This document shows positions 53,501-60,800 of a stretch of DNA of 64,000 nt, piece by piece. The stretch spans positions 45,359,503 to 45,423,502 of the forward strand of contig NC_068982.1 in NCBI RefSeq assembly GCF_001194135.2, read 5' to 3'. The notes below the pieces were generated by a model. The model searched no databases. It saw only the letters and a program-made list of their open reading frames with translations, and was not told the DNA's origin. The translations under genes and the position numbers were made by a program. Source of the DNA: Octopus bimaculoides. Lineage: Eukaryota. Within the stretch, counting starts at the first letter, position 1, and the number at the start of each line of letters is the position of its first letter.

Positions 53501-55310
53501 GAGTGCAGTACAATTGGGACAGTGTTTGTACTTAGTTGCAGCCTTGAGACTTGTGGTGTATTCAGTTGGATGTTTGTGATTGTACATGCAACTTGAATAT
53601 AAATCCATTTTTACTTTGGTATGTACGTATATGTTTCTCTAATGCTGTTTTGTACATGATAGTGATCTTATTGATCTGTCGTTAGTGATTTACTATTTAA
53701 GGAGCTGATTCACTTGAATCTTGAACTTTAATACACACACACATGCGAGTGCGCATTCAACAGGCTTCTGCACAGTTTCCATCTACCAAATTCACTCACA
53801 AAGCATTAGTTGGACAGGGACTATTGTAGAAGACACTTCCTCAAGATGCCATATCTTAAGCTATTGACTTATGTTAAGCAGATTGGTAGAAAGAATAGTA
53901 AAACACAATAGAATTACCTTGTTTTGAATGAGATTTGGTAGATAGAACAGAAATTCTCTCCAGGCAAAACTTGAACTGAAGATAACCTTTAACAACCACC
54001 TCATGTGTTTTTGTTGCAAATAAGTTGGTTGGATTATTTAGACTGTAAATGAGAGAGGAAAATGTCAAGCTAAAATCTGCCGTAGTTTAACTATGAATAA
54101 GTAACTATTAAGTCTGTGTGTTCATCCTCATTTCCTTCATCCCAGAATTTGAAGTTATTATGAAAAGTTTAGGAAGTGTTAGTCAGAGGAGCTTTGAAGG
54201 ATCAAATAACTCATACAATCAAATACTTGTTGAATTTATTCAATTACTTTCTTTAGAGTATGGGAAAAGAAAGTTAGAAAACTAAACTGAAGAGTCAGTA
54301 AGCAAAAAGTTGTGGTTGGATTTTTTGGTAAGACGATAATCAAACATTATAAACGCTGTCAAAAAGCAGTCACAGACTGAATTTACTCAAAAGACTTTTT
54401 ATTTTTATTTTTCAGGTATTGAAAAACAAATGACTTTTAGAAAAAATGATGGTTCTTTTTCAACTTTTGAGAATACAGAATCAAGTACATGGTAACGATA
54501 AAAATTTCTGACTTTATTTTCAAAGATATCAATCCTTTATAATAGCAAAATGTTACTTAACCATTTCGTTACCGTATTTATTTTGAGATGCTCTGTTTCT
54601 TTCAATTAATTTTAAATATAAAGAATTTAGTTACCTTTAATATAAAGAATTTAGTAAAGTAACTAAGTTACCTTTAAGCTAGTATTAGAAACATCAGTTG
54701 TGACTAAGCTTTGGTGGAATATTTTAATTCAAAACTTATGAAAACAAGACATTTGTACTATAGAGCCAGAGGCAGTTTCAGCCGGGTTGGTACTGAAAGG
54801 GTTAATGCATAATATTACTTTATTCATAGAATTTCAGGCTTGGCTGGGTGGTTAAGAAGTTTATTTCCTAACCATTTGTTTCAGGTTCAGTCCCACTGTG
54901 CGGTATCCTGGATACATGTCTTCTACTATAGCCCCAGGCTGATCAAAGCCTTGTGAGTGGGGCTTAGTAGGTAAAAATTGAAAGAATTCCATCACACACA
55001 CACACACACACACCTATGTATATGTGTGTGTTTGTGTGTATGTGTGTGTGTGTGTATCTTTGTGTTTGTCATTGTGTTTTTGTTTGACCCCCACCCCCAC
55101 CACCACTACCACGACCATATGACACCCAGTGTTGATTTGTTTATGACTAAACAGTTTAGCAAAACGAGATCGATAGAATAAGTACCAGGCTTAAAAAATA
55201 TGTGCTGCAGTTGATTTGGTCAACTAAACCCTCCAAAGCAGGGCCTCAGTATGGCTGCAGTCCAATGACAGAAACAAGATAAAATTAAGATATATATATA
55301 TATACACATA

Positions 55311-55354
<44 letters not shown>

Positions 55355-57617
55355 CAGGCATGTGTTTATGTATGTATTTATATTAGTTTGTGTTATGGTA
55401 AGACATTCTGTGAATCAGAATTTTGGATTGTTTTAAAATCAATTCTTGTAGACTGCCTGTTCTTGGCTGACAATAAGAGACTAGGTTTTGAATTACAAAG
55501 CATATAACCTTGTGATTTTGCATCGTTTTGTGTAAGCTACCGAACTTGTCCCATAACTGACAGAAGAGCTGGCAAAGAAAAAAAAAACAGTTTTTGAAAA
55601 AAGAAAAAATTCAAGTGAAAAGTTTTTATTGTCATCATCAGCATCATTATCAAAGTGTACAGGATGCTTTTTATCATGGCACCAACTCTAGAAGGGTTGC
55701 TGTGTTCTGAACAAGATGAAAGAATCCCCTTGATCCCACTCCTTACAGAGTGTACTGTGTACATTTTATCATGGCACCAACACAAGAGGATTTGCTATAT
55801 CTTCAATAAAATTAATGGGTCCCCACCCCAATATCTCTATTTACCTGCCTCCTATTTTACAAAATATCACTCCAGGGTTGATTTATAGTGATACCAACAA
55901 TAATGGGTTTGCTTCATACCCCTGAGATTAGAGAGTCTTTTACAACCCTATAGATTGTTTGCTAACCCAGGGCTACATAAGTAAGGAGGGGGAGACAGAG
56001 ATGACAGGAGAGGGGAGTAAGTGTGTGATGATAGAAACAGTGTTTGGGATGAGAGGGTGGTGGTAGAAGGAGTGAGAAGAGAGTGATGAACTATTTCAAA
56101 AGGATGTCTGTATAATAGGAATTTAAAATAGTATATTTCCCAGTTTGTGAATCAAAATTTACAGCCCCAAAATGGTAGGTTGGCTTGTAGACCAAGAAGA
56201 TTTTGAAGAACCAAAGATCTCATGTGAAATGCAACAGGATTTTGAATGATAGTGATGATATTTGAAAGTTTACGCTACATTTGTACACTATATACTAAGC
56301 AGGATTTGGTAAGATAGTGTGGAGGTTTGAATGTTTACACTACAAGGTGCTGGCATGGCTGTATGGTAAGAAGCTTGCTTCTCAACCACATGGTTCCAGG
56401 TTCAGTCCCACTGTGTAACAATTTGGGCAAGTGTTTTCTACCATAGCCTCGGGCTGACCAAAACCTTGTGAGTGGATTTGGTAGCTGGAAACTTGAGGAA
56501 GCCCATTGTATATATGTATATGTTGTATGTATGTTTATGTGTGCGTGTCTTTGTATCTGTGTTTGTCCCCCACCATCACTTGACAACTGATGTTGGTATG
56601 TTTACATCCCTGTAACTTAGCAGTTCGGCAAAAGTAGCCAATAAAATAAGAACTAAACTTACAAATAATAAGTACTGGGGTTCGTTTCTTCGACTAAAAC
56701 CCCTTCAAGGCAGTGCTCCAACATGGCCACAGTCAAATGACTGAAACAAGTAAAAGAATAAAAGAATACTTGTATACACCATATGCTATGTTAGATTGTA
56801 TGCTAGAAAATACTGTATTTAATTTTAATTTTTATTTAGGTTGACAGCATATGTAATGAAGATATTTTGTGAGGCATTAACCCTGCAAGAAGTAGACAGA
56901 TCTGTCATATCATCAGCATTTCTATGGTTGCTGAAGAAACAGAAGAATAATGGTGCATTTAAAGAAGACAAATTAATCATTTATAAAGAAATGATGGTAT
57001 GTTTGTAATTTTAGGAATTTTCCATATTGATTTGCTCTTGCTTTTAATTGTTTTTTTTTTCCAAATTATTAAAATGCTAATTATCTAAAAAAAAAAGTAC
57101 AGTTTTTGAATGATAATAATTATGATAATATTAATGATGGTTGCTCCTGTCAATTTCAATGTATGTGCGTTTGAAAGAGTGGATTTTAATAAAAAAACAT
57201 AAATGGAGAAAACAGCTTTTAAAAATCAAAAAGCCAAAAGACGCTGCTTTTATTTGTGATGGCTGTGTGAATGTAATTTGAGTCCAGATATAGATTTTAG
57301 TAAGAAGGTGCAATGAGGACACTGGTGATTATAGGTTTGCCTGGTATTAGATAAATGTATCTGTTGATTGCAGGATATAGTTCATTTATTGTTCATTTTC
57401 TTCAACTCAAATTGTTTTGATGCATCATGACACATTTTATGCCATACTGATTGAACTAAGTAATGTACAGTTTTTTGAATAATAATAATAATAATAATAA
57501 TGATAATAATAATAATAAATAGTAATAATAATAATAATAATAATAAATAGTAATAATAATAATGATAATAATAATAATAATAAATATAAATAATAACAAT
57601 AATAATAATAATAAGTA

Positions 57618-57654
<37 letters not shown>

Positions 57655-57674
57655 GTAATAATAATAATAATAAT

Positions 57675-57709
<35 letters not shown>

Positions 57710-57762
57710 GTAATAATAATAATAATAATAATAAATAGTAATAATAATAATAATAATAATAA

Positions 57763-57814
<52 letters not shown>

Positions 57815-60800
57815 GTAATAATAATAATAAATAGTAATAATAATAATAATCCTTTCGACTATAGGTACAAGGCTTGAAATTTTGGGTGAGGGGCAGTTCA
57901 ACCCCAGTGTTCCACTGGCACTTATTTCATAGACCCCGAAAGGATGAAAGGCAAATTTAATCTTGGCAGAATTTGAACTCAGAACATAAAGATTTGTGAA
58001 ATGCCACTAAATAATAATAATATAAACCAAACATCCATCTATAAGTTGCTGGCATGCTCTGGTGTCAAGTTGGTAAAACTGAAGGGTATATTATTGCTGC
58101 TTAGGATCAGTGCCTTCCATCTGGGAATTACTTGTGTAATGTTCTGAAACATGAAAACAGCCAATTGTGCCATGTACGCAGAGAGCATCCAGAGATAATT
58201 AACCATGAAATCTCTGGATGCAGCTGACTGACACCAACAGAGTATTTGCAATGACTTGACAGGAAAGCTCAAGACGTATTTCAAAAATTTAACAAAAGGA
58301 AAATTTTACAAAAAATATAACAAGCAGAAAATTTGTAGCAAATTCTTCATCGGTCAATGTCCAAAAAGTTATTACAATTTCGTACCTTTAATGTTGATAT
58401 TGTTCACTTTTAGTGGGGTTGATTTGCTCGACTAAAGGCGGTGCTCCAGCATGGCCACAGTCAAATGATTGAAACGAGTAAAAGAGAAAAAAAGAGTAAA
58501 TATAAATAAAGTGGAAGTATACAAAAATAAACATTATTTTCCATCTGTTAGTTTTTGTTTTATTTTGAAAAATAAAAATTCCTCTTATGGTTTATTATTG
58601 TTTATAATTTGAATTACACATGCATGGAGCACCAAAATTTTCTTTAAGTGCTTAGGGCCTTTTTTTGGATCTTAATCTGGCTCTGATCTTTAGATGCAAA
58701 AACCTGTTGTCACTTAATGTTTCTTGTTGAGATTTGGGTACAGCTTGTATGAATTAAAGCAAAGGCAAAACATAACACCAACAACAATAATTTTCTTTTC
58801 ATTTAATCCAGGGAATTATTTCTGATACTGGCTTGACAGCATTCATTTTAATTAGTTTCATGGAGTGTAAAGAAAATTTTCACCAAAAGGTAATTGTTCA
58901 TTATCTCTTATAAAAGGTTCTCTCATAGATTCAGCAAATGTAATTCAGCAATGAATTTACATTAGCCTGAATGTATGTTTGCATCTGTAAGTATACTGTG
59001 TATGAGTGAGTGTGTGTGTGTGTTGTGAGTGTGTGTGTGTGTGTGTGTGTGTGAGTGTTTGGAAACCAGATGCTATGATAAAAGCATGATATAAATTTAC
59101 TAGCACAGTTACCAAAAATATTTTTGTACCATACTTCACCTACCTCCTTGCAAATGTGTATGACAACTTGAATATTTTTAATGTAAAACACTAAAAAGAT
59201 ACACATCATTATATATGTAAATCTACATAGTAGACATACAGATATGTCAAATTTACCTATTTCTCCTTAGATTGAAAAAATAAATTTTTGCTCCTTATTG
59301 GGGTTTCATCTGAGGTTTTGACATCACTTAACCAAGTAACCAAAGCCTATATATAGCATTTAAAACAGTAGTTTCCAAAGAGGGCAGTACTACCCCACTG
59401 GGGTGGTGGAAAGATCTAGGGGTGTTGAAGAAAAGTGGGGCGATAATGGGATGGTCAAGGGTGGCCAAAAGAGGGCAATGGATGTAAAAGTGACAAAATA
59501 ATGGATTAATTAAGTTTTATTCATGAAATACAGTTGTTTTGAATCTACTGCAGAAAGTGGTCTCTGTTTGTGGTGGTGAGTAGGAGAAGGGGGCACTAGA
59601 AATGTGGCCTGAATGCCAAAGGGTCAGCAACCTGAAAAAGTTTGGGGATTTAGAAGAATAATGTAATGACCATATCAATATTTACAAGTCAATAATTTGG
59701 CACTCCGTCGCTTACGACGTTGAGGGTTCCAGTTGATCCGATCAACGGAACAGCCTGCTCGTGAAATTAACATGCAAGTGGCTGAGTANNNNNNNNNNTG
59801 CTCGTGAAATTAACATGCAAGTGGCTGAGTACCCCACAGACACATGTACCCTTAACGTAGTTCTCGGGGATATTCAGCGTGACACAGTGAATTACAGGTA
59901 CAACAGAAACAGGAAGTTAGAGTGAGAAAAAGTTGTGGTGGAAGAGTACAGCAGGGTTCGCCACCATCCCCTGCCGGAGCCTCGTGGAGCTTTAGGTGTT
60001 TTCGCTCAATAAACACTCACAACGCCCGGTCTGGGAATCGAAACTGAGATCCTATGACCGTGAGTCCGCTGCCCTAACCACTGGGCCATTGCGCCTCCAC
60101 ACAAGTCAATAAGTAAATATTACATAAATGGCACATGACAATGCCAACTATGCCCTGTAGAGAAATATTCAGAAGCAAAGGAAAGGAATTTTAAATCCAG
60201 AATGTATATACACATCACAAACACCATAAGGTATTTTGTTTGATGTACTAATTTATGATTTAGAAAAAGTGATGAGCCTATTGTTGATGAAGAATAAAAC
60301 TCTAACAAAGTCGGTCATCATGATAATGATGAAGCATAACAATAACATTCTTGTGAATTAGATTCTAACATTCTTCACTGCTGCTTCATTTTTCTGCTTT
60401 TTTTTTTTTACTTTTTTATACATTGGGAAGTGAATTGACTGAAAGTTTCGATGTGGATTTTGCAGCTCTGAGTGAAACCAAGCTCTCAGGAGAAGGCTCA
60501 CTTGAAGAACAAGGTTCCAGATATACAATCTTCTGGAAAGGAAAGGAGCCTGGCCAACCAGACTGATGCAACATGAAATAAAATGTTTTGCTCAAAAACA
60601 CAACGCACTGCTTGTTCCAGGAATTGAAACCAAGATCACAAGATCATGACTGCAACACTCTTAACCACTAGGCCACGTTCCTTCATGCAAACAAAGACCA
60701 GATGAATTAAGTCCTGTTGATCCTAATATGATCAAGATAACAAAAAGCAAAAGTTTAGCTCTTTAACATTGAAACAGGCCATATCCTGACAAAATATTCT

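Noticed and set aside
57437-57901. 154-aa hydrophobic ORF resembling a membrane protein
   Set aside because: Translation of the (AAT)n array.
59756-59830. Direct repeat tgctcgtgaaattaacatgcaagtggctgagta on both sides of a 10-N gap
   Set aside because: Typical contig-overlap artefact inside a SINE; the other family D copy has this sequence only once.
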